NCBI RefSeq assembly: GCF_029946005.1
Contig: NZ_JAQSDR010000003.1
Location: 2,836 to 66,835, forward strand
DNA length: 64,000 nucleotides
Source: Aquabacterium sp.
Lineage (GTDB): Bacteria > Pseudomonadota > Gammaproteobacteria > Burkholderiales > Burkholderiaceae_C
Direction: 5' to 3'
Positions within the stretch are counted from its first letter, which is position 1. Every line of letters begins with the position of its first letter. Shown here piece after piece: positions 18,786 to 28,086 of the stretch. The translations under genes and the position numbers were made by a program. Under the pieces are notes generated by a model. It made no database searches. It was not told the DNA's origin and saw only the letters and a list, made by a program, of their open reading frames with translations.

Positions 18786-19379
18786 ATGAGCTTGCCACAC
18801 AGCGCTCACCAGGCATCACGCCGACAAGCCTTGCGGTGCGCGGGGGCCCTCGGCATGGCGAGCTGGCTGGGCCCGATGGCGCGGGCGCAAGCCAATGCAC
18901 CCCGCGACACCCCCACGCCACCCGAGCTGACCCAGCACCTGCCCCAAGCCCGCCTGCAAGGCAGCTCGCGCTTTCGTTACTACGGCTTCCACGTGTACGA
19001 CGCGCAGTTGTGGGTGCTGCCTGCCTTTGACGCGGCCAAGCTGTTCAACCAACCCTTTGCCTTGAGCCTGATCTACGCGCGCAGCCTCAAGGCGAGGGAC
19101 ATCGCTGAACGATCGATTGAAGAGATGCGCCGCCAGACCACGCTCAGTGAGGCAGATGCACAGCGGTGGTTGCAGGCCATGACAGCGGCCTTTGCGGATG
19201 TGCGCGAGGGCGACCGTTTGACCGGCCTGTACCAAGTGGAAGGGGCGGCCAGCTTCTTCCTCAATGGTCAGGCCACCCAGGCGATCAAGGACAAGCGCTT
19301 TGCCACGCTGTTCTTCGGCATCTGGCTGTCCGGTGCCACGTCGGCACCAGCCTTTCGGCGGGACTTGCTCGGTGTCTGA
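18786..19379 (+). CDS. Chalcone-isomerase-like fold protein, exported
   Basis: RR-type signal; GSSRFRYYGFHVYDAQLW, DVREGDRLTG and FFGIWLS motifs. Confidence 0.8.
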   Translation: MSLPHSAHQASRRQALRCAGALGMASWLGPMARAQANAPRDTPTPPELTQHLPQARLQGSSRFRYYGFHVYDAQLWVLPAFDAAKLFNQPFALSLIYARSLKARDIAERSIEEMRRQTTLSEADAQRWLQAMTAAFADVREGDRLTGLYQVEGAASFFLNGQATQAIKDKRFATLFFGIWLSGATSAPAFRRDLLGV

Positions 19380-20628
19380 CGCGCCCCTGCCCCACGCTGC
19401 CTCGGCCCGCTATGGTTTGCTGGGCCTGCCTTTGGCCTTCGTGGCCCTGCCTTTGTACGTGATGCTGCCCTCGCATTACGCGCAGCTGGGCGTGCCCTTG
19501 GCGCTGCTGGGCCTGGTCTTGCTGGGCACCCGTTTGTTCGATGCGGTGATCGATCCGGTGCTGGGCCGTTGGGTGGACGCGCAGTGGTCACCTCCCCGCG
19601 CCTTGAAGGCGGCGGCCGTGGCGGCTTTGGTCTTGGGGGCGGGCTTTGCGGCCTTGTTCTTCCCGGCGGTGCAAGGCAACACGGCTTTGATGCTGTGGTG
19701 TGCCGTGGCGTTGATGGGCACCTTCGTGGCCTTCAGCCTCGCCAGTGTGGTGCACCAGGCCTGGGGCAGTCGCCTGGGGGGCTCGGCGGTGCAAAGGTCG
19801 CGCCTGGTGGCCTGGCGCGAGGGCTTGGGCCTGGTGGGTGTGCTGCTGGCCAATGTGCTGGCCACGCAAGCGGGCCTGTTGGTCACCACCATCGTTTTGT
19901 GGATCAGCCTGGCCGTGGGGGTGTGGGCCTTGAGCAAGGCCCCCGTGCCGCGCAAGACCTGGGCACATGCTGCTTTGCTGCCCGCCGACCAGTCGCTGGC
20001 CTTGCCCTGGCGCGGCCGTGAATTCCGCCACCTCATGGCCTTGTTCATGGTCAATGGCATCGCCAGCGCGATTCCGGCCACCCTGGTGCTGTTTTTCATC
20101 AACGACCGCGTGCAGGCCCCCAGTTGGGCGCCCCTGTTCCTGGGTGCTTACTTCGTCATGGGCGCGGCCAGCGTCCCGGTCTGGTTGAAGCTGATCAAAC
20201 GCTTTGGCCCCTCCAACGCCTGGGCCGGTGGCATGGCCCTGAACGTGGTCACCTTCATCGGTGTGCTGGCCATTGGCGCGGGTGATGCTGTGGGCTACCT
20301 GGCCGTCTGCGTGGCCAGTGGCCTGGCCTTGGGCGCCGACCTCACCGTGCCCGGCACCTTGCTCACGGGCGTGATCCAGCGGGCGGGCCACGCGGGCCAA
20401 GCCGAGGGCGCCTACGCGGGCTGGTGGCAACTGGCGACCAAGCTCAACCTGGCCCTGGCCGCAGGGTTGGCGTTGCCCGCCTTGCAGTGGTGGGGCTATG
20501 GGCCTGGCGCGCGTGATCCGCAAGCCTTGCAGGCCTTGAGCTGGGCCTATGGCGCCTTGCCTTGCTTGTTCAAGCTGTTGGCTTTGGCCTTGTGGTGGCG
20601 CTTGTGGCGCCGCCAAAACCTCGAATGA
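19372..20628 (+). CDS. MFS transporter (MelB/GPH-like)
   Basis: About 12 hydrophobic segments; YGLLGLPLAFVALPLYV, RLFDAVIDP and GLALGAD motifs; GTG start overlapping the previous stop. Confidence 0.85.
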   Translation: MSDAPLPHAASARYGLLGLPLAFVALPLYVMLPSHYAQLGVPLALLGLVLLGTRLFDAVIDPVLGRWVDAQWSPPRALKAAAVAALVLGAGFAALFFPAVQGNTALMLWCAVALMGTFVAFSLASVVHQAWGSRLGGSAVQRSRLVAWREGLGLVGVLLANVLATQAGLLVTTIVLWISLAVGVWALSKAPVPRKTWAHAALLPADQSLALPWRGREFRHLMALFMVNGIASAIPATLVLFFINDRVQAPSWAPLFLGAYFVMGAASVPVWLKLIKRFGPSNAWAGGMALNVVTFIGVLAIGAGDAVGYLAVCVASGLALGADLTVPGTLLTGVIQRAGHAGQAEGAYAGWWQLATKLNLALAAGLALPALQWWGYGPGARDPQALQALSWAYGALPCLFKLLALALWWRLWRRQNLE

Positions 20629-21182
20629 AAGCACCTCACCCCATGCGCACCATCTCACGATCCAAATGGCTGGCCTTGTTGCTGGCGCTGAGCCTGATGG
20701 GCTGCGCCAGCGCGCCCACCCCGGCCGACTACGCCGACCAGAAGCCCACGCTGGATTTGCGTCAGTACTTCAATGGCCCGCTCACCGCGCACGGCATCTT
20801 CACCGACCGCTCGGGCCGCGTCGTCAAGCGTTTCACCGTGCAGATGGTGGGCCGCTGGACCGGTGACCAAGGCGTGCTGGAAGAAGACTTCAGCTACAGC
20901 GATGGCACCCAGCAGCGCCGCGTCTGGCGCATCACCGACCATGGCCAGGGCCGCTACACCGGCCAGGCCGATGACGTGGTCGGCACAGCGCAAGGCCACG
21001 CCGCAGGCAACGCCTTGCAGTGGGCCTACACCCTGCGCCTGCCCGTGGATGGCAAGACCTACGACGTCCAGTTCAACGACTGGATGTACCTGATGGACCA
21101 GCACACCATGCTCAACAGGGCCGCCATGAGCAAGTTCGGGCTGCACCTGGGTGAAGTGACCTTGTCCTTCCACAAGCCTTGA
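20625..21182 (+). CDS. DUF3833 lipoprotein
   Basis: Lipobox LMGC; LDLRQYFNG, VLEEDFSYSDG, FNDWMYLMD and KFGLHLGEVTL motifs. Confidence 0.88.
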   Translation: MKAPHPMRTISRSKWLALLLALSLMGCASAPTPADYADQKPTLDLRQYFNGPLTAHGIFTDRSGRVVKRFTVQMVGRWTGDQGVLEEDFSYSDGTQQRRVWRITDHGQGRYTGQADDVVGTAQGHAAGNALQWAYTLRLPVDGKTYDVQFNDWMYLMDQHTMLNRAAMSKFGLHLGEVTLSFHKP

Positions 21183-21197
21183 CGATGAAAGCCTGAC

Positions 21198-21977
21198 ATG
21201 GCCCTCAACCCACGCATCACCGTTTGGCAAGGCCGCACCGTCTGGCTGATCGGGGCCTCGACTGGCATTGGCCGCGCCACGGCCTCCCTGCTGCACGCCA
21301 AGGGCGCGCACGTGATCGTGTCGGCGCGCAATGTGCAGGCCTTGCAGTCCTTTGTGGTGGCGCACCCCGGCAGCGATTTCGAAGCGCTGGACGTGGCCGA
21401 TGCGGTGGCGGTGCGCGAGGCGGCCGCGCGCATCCAGGCGCAGTCGTCATCGGGGCGGCTCGACATGGTGGTCTACTGCGCAGGCCACTACCAGGCCATG
21501 CGGGCACAAAGCTTTGACCTGGGCGAGGCCCTGCGCCACCAGCAGATCAACTACGTGGGGGCCTTGCATGTGCTGGCCGCCACTTTGCCTTTGCTCACCG
21601 CCCAGGGGGCAGGGCACCTCAGCCTGGTCGGCAGCGTGGCGGGCTTTCGCGGCTTGCCCAAGGCCATGGCCTATGGGCCGACCAAGGCCGCGCTCAACAA
21701 CCTGGCCGAGTGCCTCTACCTGGACTTGCACCCTTTGGGCATCGGCGTGTCAGTGATCAACCCGGGCTTTGTGCAAACGCCGCTGACGGCGGGCAATGAC
21801 TTCGACATGCCCGCCCTGCTGACGCCCGAGCAGGCCGCCGCCGAGATCGTGTCGGGCTGGCACGCGGGTCGTTTCGAGATTCACTTTCCATGGCGCTTCA
21901 CCCTGTGGCTCAAGCTGCTGCGGCACCTGCCCCACGCCTGGTATTTCCCGGCGATCAGCCGCATCACGAGGGGTTGA
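21198..21977 (+). CDS. Short-chain dehydrogenase/reductase
   Basis: WLIGASTGIG, YGPTKAAL (YxxxK) and NPGFVQTPLT motifs. Confidence 0.9.
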   Translation: MALNPRITVWQGRTVWLIGASTGIGRATASLLHAKGAHVIVSARNVQALQSFVVAHPGSDFEALDVADAVAVREAAARIQAQSSSGRLDMVVYCAGHYQAMRAQSFDLGEALRHQQINYVGALHVLAATLPLLTAQGAGHLSLVGSVAGFRGLPKAMAYGPTKAALNNLAECLYLDLHPLGIGVSVINPGFVQTPLTAGNDFDMPALLTPEQAAAEIVSGWHAGRFEIHFPWRFTLWLKLLRHLPHAWYFPAISRITRG

Positions 21978-22002
21978 GCTGGGCCTGAGATTTCGAAGGG
22001 CC

Positions 22003-22029
22003 AAAAAAAACCCCGCCGAAAGGGCGGGG
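22003..22029 (-). terminator. Intrinsic terminator on the minus strand with no annotated CDS upstream
   Basis: Minus strand reads CCCCGCC-CTTTC-GGCGGGG followed by T8 (A8 at 22003-22010 on the plus strand). Confidence 0.8.
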
Positions 22030-22180
22030 CGGTGTTCAATCCGTGAAAAGAACTGGAACTGTGGAAGCTTGTCCTTGGTGTTGTGGGCGTGTGATGCGTT
22101 CCTCACGTCACCGCCATGTGATCAAGCCCCGTTATCGACTCCCCTCTCCACTTCAAACGTGATGACAGCTTGTTGTGTGA
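22003..22180 (-). ncRNA. Candidate small RNA (~175 nt)
   Basis: Orphan U8 terminator, a TACATT -10-like hexamer at 22186-22191 on the minus strand, and no convincing ORF with an RBS in between. Confidence 0.35.
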
Positions 22181-22448
22181 TCGCTAATGTAGGAGGGGCC
22201 ATGGGGTGGCCATATCCCTCTGTCGGGGGTGGTGTGCTGCAGCATGGGCTGGAGGGCTAAACACGCCCCCGTGTTTGAGGGGGTTGGTGCGGCACTTGTC
22301 GTGCAATTAGCCACAGGCGAGCCGTTGATGGGGCTGGCGGGCCCTCAAGTCGGGGGGTGTTCCTGTCGAAGGAAACGTCATCATGAGCTTGCGCTTGCCT
22401 GCTGTGTCCCCATCTGAGAGACAAGCCCATGAATCTGGAGTGCAGTCC

Positions 22449-22730
22449 ATGCAAATGCTTTACAACTCCGACAACTACGCGGTCGTTCAGATCGAGTTGG
22501 CTGCGGATGAGTTCCCGGTTCCCCCTTCGGTCGTCAGCACCCTCACCCGAGGTGGTTACGAGATCGTGGACAAGTTCGCCCGCAAGGAACTGTTCATCGA
22601 AGGCGCCCTGGCTGAGAGCTTCAAGGTGGGGGTCGATGCCCTGATTGAAACCTCGCCCAGCGTCGAAGAGTTCGACGCCTACCTGGAAGGCTTCACCGGC
22701 CTGGCTCAACAGCCAGTCGTGATGCATTAG
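22449..22730 (+). CDS. BTH_I0359/DUF3567 family protein
   Basis: MQMLYNSDNYAVV, GGYEIVDKFARKELFIEG and AQQPVVMH motifs; GGAG RBS. Confidence 0.88.
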   Translation: MQMLYNSDNYAVVQIELAADEFPVPPSVVSTLTRGGYEIVDKFARKELFIEGALAESFKVGVDALIETSPSVEEFDAYLEGFTGLAQQPVVMH

Positions 22731-22827
22731 GCAGATCAGCCTCCCAGCCATTCAAGTCCTGGCAGCCGCCGCCGAAATGTAACCAGACTACCCCTGTAAT
22801 CTGGATTTACGTGGCCGCGGAGGGCTG

Positions 22828-24942
22828 ATGCCTCAAGACCTGTTGGTCGTCCGCCATGACGGCGTTGCACTGACCGCAGCGTGGTTCTTGGCGGTTTACG
22901 CCATTTACGTCATGACCCTGGTGATTCGCCGCGTGCGGGCTTCGGACCGTGACGTGAGAATTGGCTGGTGGATGGGCGGCGCTGTGACGGTGGGCACGGG
23001 CATTTGGGCCCAAGGCTTCATCAGCATGCTCAGTCGCCAGTTGCCCATCCAGGTGGGCTATCTGCCGGCCGTCGTGATGGCCGCGTGGTTGCCGGCGGTG
23101 CTGATCTGTGCCGTGCTCATCTGGTCGGTCAGCCGGGTTCATCAGCCCATGGACAAGCGCGTCACCGCCGGGCTGCTCGGGGCCCTGGGCTTTGGTTTTC
23201 TGACCTATCTGAACGTGTCCGCCATGGTCTTGCAACCCGAGGTGGTCTGGGACCCGCTTTGGCTGTTGGCGTCTTTTGCCGTCATCCTGCTCGGCAACGT
23301 CCTGGCCTCGGTCATGCTGCGGCGAGAGTTGTTGCGCGAGGCGACATTCTGGAACCAGGCGAAGGTGGCGTTGGTGGTGGGCAGTGCGGTGCACTTGTCC
23401 CAGTTGCTCATGCTGGAATCTGCGGGTGTGCCGGTGGGCGCCGTGTGCCTGAGCGCGCAGCAGTTGTCGGGCACTCACCTGGATTGGCTGGTCACCCTGG
23501 TCAGTGGCGTCTTGCTGATGGGGGTGCAGTTGTGCACGATCCTGGACACGCGTTTGCGCCACCAGCATGCCCAACTGCTGTCCTCGCTCCGGCAGGCGCA
23601 CACCGAGCTGGAGGGGGCGGCCCACCGCGATGCCCTGACCGGCCTGCTCAACCGACCAGGTTTCGAGCATCACCTGCGCGAGGTGATCCAGTCGCTGGAC
23701 GAGGCGGGTGAGGCGCCCGCGGGGTGCCTGGCCGTGATGCGCATCAACCTGGATGGCTTTCGCGCCCTGGTCAACACTTATGGGCACGCCCTGGGAGACA
23801 AGCTGCTGCGCCAAGTGGCCAAGCGCCTGCTGGTGCTGGTGCGCAACACTGATGCGCCAGCGCGCGGTGATGGCGAAGAGTTCATGCTGCTCCTGCCCAG
23901 CATGCCCGACCAGCACGCGGTGGCCCAACTGGCCCACCGCATCGGCTTGGCCGTGAGCCAGCCTTGCGTGATCAATGGCGAGGACGTGACCATCACTTGT
24001 TCCATCGGCATCGCCCTGTACCCGGACAGTGTCACGGTGGAACAACTGATCGGTCATGCCAACGAGGCCATGCTGGCCGCGAGCAAGGCCGGTGGCGGCG
24101 TGTATTGCCTGCACGAGCCGGGCATGGACATCAGCGGTGCCAAGCAGGTCGAGATGCAGCGCGACCTGCGCTATGCCATTCAACGCGGCGAGTTGGCCTT
24201 GCACTTCCAGCCCAAGCTGGACGCGGTGCGAGGGGGCCTGGTGGGCGTGGAGGCGCTGCTGCGCTGGACGCACCCGCAGCGCGGCCCCGTCAGCCCGGCC
24301 GATTTCATCCCCGTGGCCGAGCGCTTTGGCCTGATCGGCGAACTGGGCCAATGGGTGATGAACGAAGCCTGCCGCCACATGCGTCTTTGGTTGGACGCGG
24401 GCTTGGAGATCCCGGTGGCGGTCAACATGTCGGCGCACCAGCTGCGCGAACACGACCTGGAAAGCCGCATCCGCGAAACCCTGGCGCGCCACGCCCTGCC
24501 CGCCGGCATGCTGATCCTGGAGATCACCGAGTCGGTGGCCATGGACGACATTGAAGCTTCACTGAAAGTGTTCGACATGCTAGACCGCATTGGCGTGAAG
24601 CTGTCGATCGACGACTTTGGCACCGGCTATTCCAGCCTCAGCTATTTGCGCCGCCTGCCCGCGCGCCAACTCAAGATCGACCGCAGCTTTGTGCGCGACC
24701 TGGACCACAGCGCCGATGCGCAGGCCATCGTCGAAGCCGTGGTGCGCCTGTCGCACGCCCTGGGCATGACCGTGGTGGCCGAAGGCGTGGAGACCGAAGC
24801 GCAGCGCCAGGTGCTGGTCAAGCTGGCCTGCGACGAATTGCAAGGCTTCCTGTTTGCCAAGCCCATGGCCGAGCCTGACCTGCGGGCCTGGATGGTCGCG
24901 CAGGCCGTGCCCATGGCCCCGATCCACTTGGTACCCGCATGA
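22828..24942 (+). CDS. MHYT-like membrane sensor with GGDEF-EAL domains (probable c-di-GMP phosphodiesterase)
   Basis: About 7 TM segments with a degenerate MHYT pattern (GIWAQGF), degenerate GGDEF (RGDGEEF), and intact VEALLRW, EITE, DDFGTGYSSL and VVAEGVET. Confidence 0.88.
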   Translation: MPQDLLVVRHDGVALTAAWFLAVYAIYVMTLVIRRVRASDRDVRIGWWMGGAVTVGTGIWAQGFISMLSRQLPIQVGYLPAVVMAAWLPAVLICAVLIWSVSRVHQPMDKRVTAGLLGALGFGFLTYLNVSAMVLQPEVVWDPLWLLASFAVILLGNVLASVMLRRELLREATFWNQAKVALVVGSAVHLSQLLMLESAGVPVGAVCLSAQQLSGTHLDWLVTLVSGVLLMGVQLCTILDTRLRHQHAQLLSSLRQAHTELEGAAHRDALTGLLNRPGFEHHLREVIQSLDEAGEAPAGCLAVMRINLDGFRALVNTYGHALGDKLLRQVAKRLLVLVRNTDAPARGDGEEFMLLLPSMPDQHAVAQLAHRIGLAVSQPCVINGEDVTITCSIGIALYPDSVTVEQLIGHANEAMLAASKAGGGVYCLHEPGMDISGAKQVEMQRDLRYAIQRGELALHFQPKLDAVRGGLVGVEALLRWTHPQRGPVSPADFIPVAERFGLIGELGQWVMNEACRHMRLWLDAGLEIPVAVNMSAHQLREHDLESRIRETLARHALPAGMLILEITESVAMDDIEASLKVFDMLDRIGVKLSIDDFGTGYSSLSYLRRLPARQLKIDRSFVRDLDHSADAQAIVEAVVRLSHALGMTVVAEGVETEAQRQVLVKLACDELQGFLFAKPMAEPDLRAWMVAQAVPMAPIHLVPA

Positions 24943-24951
24943 GGGAATCGA

Positions 24952-26385
24952 ATGCAGATGTTTGAACGCTGGATTGCCCGGGCCAAGGCCCTGTGGGCAA
25001 GTCCTTCCGTGGTGCCGTTGACGCCGCCGCCCGCGCCGGTCAATTTGAAAGACCTGAGCCACCACGACCCGTTGACGGGCCTAGCCAATCGCCTTCTGTT
25101 TGAAGACCGGCTGGATGGCGCGGCGCGCCGGGTCGAGGCCTCGGGCCGCCGATTGGGCGTGTTGTTCATTGACGTGGATGGGTTCAAGGCCGTCAACGAT
25201 TCGTATGGCCACCGCGCTGGCGACGAGCTGCTGCGCGAAGTGGGCCGCCGCGTGGCGCTGCAGGCGCGGCAAACCGACACGGTGGCGCGCCTGGGCGGCG
25301 ACCAGTTCCTGATGCTGCTGGATGGCAACCCGGACGCTTCGGCCGCCGCCGTGGTGGCCGCGCGTTTGCGGGCTTGCCTGGCCGACGTCATCCGGGTGGC
25401 AGGGCGCGATTTGCGCCTGTCCTGCTCCGTGGGCATCGTGCTCTACCCGGACCATGGCCCGCGCGCCAAGCTCCTCGCCCATGCGGACGCGGCCATGTCG
25501 GTGGCCAAGCAGGCTGGTGGCGGCATGCACGTGTTTTTTGAGCCGCACATGGCGGTGAACAGCGAAGCCCAGATCGACCTGCAGCGCGACCTGCGCCATG
25601 CCCTTGACCTGGGCGGTGATGGCCTGTCGCTGGACTACCAGCCCAAAGTGGACACCAAGAGCGGCCGCCTGACCGGCGTGGAAGCCTTGCTGCGCTGGCG
25701 GCATCCCCATCAAGGGCTGATCGAGCCCAGCCTGTTCATCCCCGTGGCCGAACGCTTTGGGCTGATCGGGATGCTGGGCCAGTGGGTGATCGATGAAGCT
25801 TGCCGCCAGCAACGCGCCTGGCAGGACGAGGGCCTGGACTTGCGCGTGGCCATCAACCTGTCGGTGCACCAGGTGCGCCAGGTCGATCTGGTCGATCGCA
25901 TCGAACAGGCCCTGAAGGCGCAGCGCATCCAGGCCGACCGCTTGATGTTCGAGGTGTCCGAGATCGCGGCCATGGCCGATCCGCAAGCCTGCGTGCGCCT
26001 GTTCGAGCAGTTCATGCGCCTGGGCGTTCAGGTGTCGATCGACGACTTTGGCATGGGCAACGCCAACCTCACTCAATTGCGCAAGCTGCCGGCCTGCCAG
26101 CTCAAGATCGACCGCAGCATTGTGCAAAGCCTGGAGCATGACGAAGACGCCAAAGCCATCGTGGACGCGGCCGTGCGCCTGTCGCACGCCTTGGGCCTGA
26201 ACGTGGTGGCCGAAGGCGTGGAAACCACGCACCAGCAGGACATCCTGTTGCGCTTTGGCTGTGATGAACTGCAGGGCTATTTGTTCGCACGGCCCATGTC
26301 GCCGGTGCAGATGGCCTTGTGGGCGCGCAGCAGTGAGGCGGTGCCCCGGCCCGAGCCGCCGGTGCGCCTGGGACGGCCGAATTGA
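24952..26385 (+). CDS. Cytoplasmic GGDEF-EAL protein
   Basis: HDPLTGLANR, RLGGDQF, VEALLRW, altered loop 6 (DDFGMGNANL) and VVAEGVET; no sensor domain. Confidence 0.88.
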   Translation: MQMFERWIARAKALWASPSVVPLTPPPAPVNLKDLSHHDPLTGLANRLLFEDRLDGAARRVEASGRRLGVLFIDVDGFKAVNDSYGHRAGDELLREVGRRVALQARQTDTVARLGGDQFLMLLDGNPDASAAAVVAARLRACLADVIRVAGRDLRLSCSVGIVLYPDHGPRAKLLAHADAAMSVAKQAGGGMHVFFEPHMAVNSEAQIDLQRDLRHALDLGGDGLSLDYQPKVDTKSGRLTGVEALLRWRHPHQGLIEPSLFIPVAERFGLIGMLGQWVIDEACRQQRAWQDEGLDLRVAINLSVHQVRQVDLVDRIEQALKAQRIQADRLMFEVSEIAAMADPQACVRLFEQFMRLGVQVSIDDFGMGNANLTQLRKLPACQLKIDRSIVQSLEHDEDAKAIVDAAVRLSHALGLNVVAEGVETTHQQDILLRFGCDELQGYLFARPMSPVQMALWARSSEAVPRPEPPVRLGRPN

Positions 26386-26393
26386 CCGCTTTT

Positions 26394-26422
26394 TTGCGGC
26401 GGCTTGACGGGGTTTCTACAAT
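26394..26422 (+). promoter_or_regulatory. Sigma70 promoter, probably giving a leaderless metH transcript
   Basis: TTGCGG (26394-99), a 17-nt spacer, then TACAAT (26417-22); the ATG is at 26429, 7 nt downstream, with no SD sequence. Confidence 0.6.
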
Positions 26423-26428
26423 GGGGGC

Positions 26429-27523
26429 ATGAGCGCCATCCTCACCCCCTCCAAAACCACCTTGCCGGTGGAACGCCGCCCCTACACCCGTGGGGCCCAA
26501 TTGCCCGAGATCATGCGCCAGCGCATCGTCATCCTGGACGGTGCCATGGGCACCATGATCCAGCGCTACAAGCTGACCGAGGCCGATTACCGGGGCTCGC
26601 GTTTCCTTGAGCACCACAAGGACCTCAAGGGCAACAACGAGCTTTTGCAGTTGACCAAGCCCGAGGTGATCAGCGAGATCCACGAGCAGTACCTGGCTGC
26701 GGGCGCCGACCTGATCGAGACCAACACCTTTGGCGCCACCACCGTGGCCCAGGACGACTACGACCTGCCCGAACTGGCGCGCGAGATGAACCTCGAAGGC
26801 GCCCGCCTGGCGCGCCTGGCCTGCGACAAGTACAGCACGCCTGACAAACCCCGTTTTGTGGCAGGCGCCATTGGCCCCACGCCCAAGACCGCCAGCATCA
26901 GCCCCGACGTGAACGACCCTGCCGCGCGCAATGTGAGCTTCGACACCCTGCGGCAGGCTTATTACGAGCAGGCCGAGGCTTTGCTCGAAGGTGGCAGCGA
27001 TGTCTTCCTGGTAGAAACCATTTTTGACACGCTCAACGCCAAGGCCGCGATCTTCGCGCTTGATGAGTTGTTTGAGAACACTGGCGAGCGCCTGCCCATC
27101 ATCATCTCAGGCACGGTGACCGATGCGTCAGGCCGCATCCTGTCGGGCCAAACGGTGGGCGCGTTCTGGCACTCGGTGCGGCATGCGCACCCGCTGGCCA
27201 TTGGGCTGAACTGCGCTTTGGGCGCCGCGCTGATGCGGCCGTACATTGAAGAGCTGACCAAGATCGCAGGGGACACCTTCGTCAGTTGCTATCCCAATGC
27301 GGGCTTGCCCAACCCGATGAGCGACACCGGCTTTGACGAAACGCCGGAGATCACGGGCGGGTTGTTGGAGGACTTTGCCAAGGCGGGGTTCTTGAACATC
27401 GCAGGGGGGTGTTGCGGCACCACGCCACAGCACATTGCGGCGATTGCCAAGCGGGTGGGGCAGTACAAGCCACGCTGCTTGCACGAAGGGGCGACGGGGT
27501 TTTTGAGCGGGCTTGGGCGCTGA
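26429..27523 (+). CDS. metH: Methionine synthase, N-terminal homocysteine-binding half (split MetH)
   Basis: [47 protein letters not shown] and GGCCGTTP motifs; stops before the pterin/B12 domains. Confidence 0.9.
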   Translation: MSAILTPSKTTLPVERRPYTRGAQLPEIMRQRIVILDGAMGTMIQRYKLTEADYRGSRFLEHHKDLKGNNELLQLTKPEVISEIHEQYLAAGADLIETNTFGATTVAQDDYDLPELAREMNLEGARLARLACDKYSTPDKPRFVAGAIGPTPKTASISPDVNDPAARNVSFDTLRQAYYEQAEALLEGGSDVFLVETIFDTLNAKAAIFALDELFENTGERLPIIISGTVTDASGRILSGQTVGAFWHSVRHAHPLAIGLNCALGAALMRPYIEELTKIAGDTFVSCYPNAGLPNPMSDTGFDETPEITGGLLEDFAKAGFLNIAGGCCGTTPQHIAAIAKRVGQYKPRCLHEGATGFLSGLGR

Positions 27524-27784
27524 CGTTGCTTTTTCGGGGCGTCATCAGTGGTCGTCGCCTTCCCGCTGGTGCTGCTCTTTACCCCTTTTGAGGCCAAGGC
27601 GGGCCTCAGCTTCTCTTTCAGATGAGCAACCACGGATTCTGCGGAGTGCGTAGCATGTTGTGCGGATTGCCGAGGCAGCTCCATTCATCAGTGATGAGGG
27701 GCCACTACACTGGATTTGCAAAGCAGTTTGGCTCTCATCGTCACGTTGGGTGCAACTGACGGCGCCGTCGCGCGCAAGCTGCGC

Positions 27785-27968
27785 CGCAGCCGCCCCGCCA
27801 GCGCGCTGCCGAACGGTTTCGGGCAACCTTCCACACCTGAGGGATCATCACGTGGAAGAAGGCCTTCAGGTCGACGCGGCCCACGCAAGGCAACTTTGCC
27901 GCGTTCCACGCTGGGGTTGTACTTTTCAAAGAAGGCGATGTCGGCCTGTTGGCGCAGTTCGCGGGTGA
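27785..27968 (-). pseudogene. Diverged, frameshifted copy of the 3' end of the gene at 28768-29610
   Basis: 27826-27968 aligns to 28886-29030 with mostly third-position differences and a 2-nt deletion (LPCVGRVDLKAFFHVMIPQVWKV vs LPCVGRADLKAFFQVIIPQLWKV). PETVRQRAG follows after a further deletion. Confidence 0.8.
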
Positions 27969-28032
27969 CTTATTCCTGGGTGGCAATACAGTAGCCAGTT
28001 CAGGCTCATACCTCGGTGGACAAGGCTGGCAC

Positions 28033-28076
28033 TTGACGAAGGCGAGCTTGGAAACCATAATGGTTCCATTTTGGTT
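28033..28076 (+). promoter_or_regulatory. Sigma70 promoter and operator of the fitA/vapC module
   Basis: TTGACG (28033-38), 17 nt, CATAAT (28056-61). Palindrome AACCAT-A-ATGGTT (28053-65) overlaps the -10 and is followed by a related CCATTTTGGTT. Confidence 0.75.
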
Positions 28077-28086
28077 GTATCGCGTT

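Noticed and set aside
22230-22448. SAH, SAM or cobalamin riboswitch ahead of the DUF3567-metH region
   Set aside because: I could not find the conserved cores, only a short AAACACG/CGTGTTT hairpin. An Rfam cmscan would settle it.
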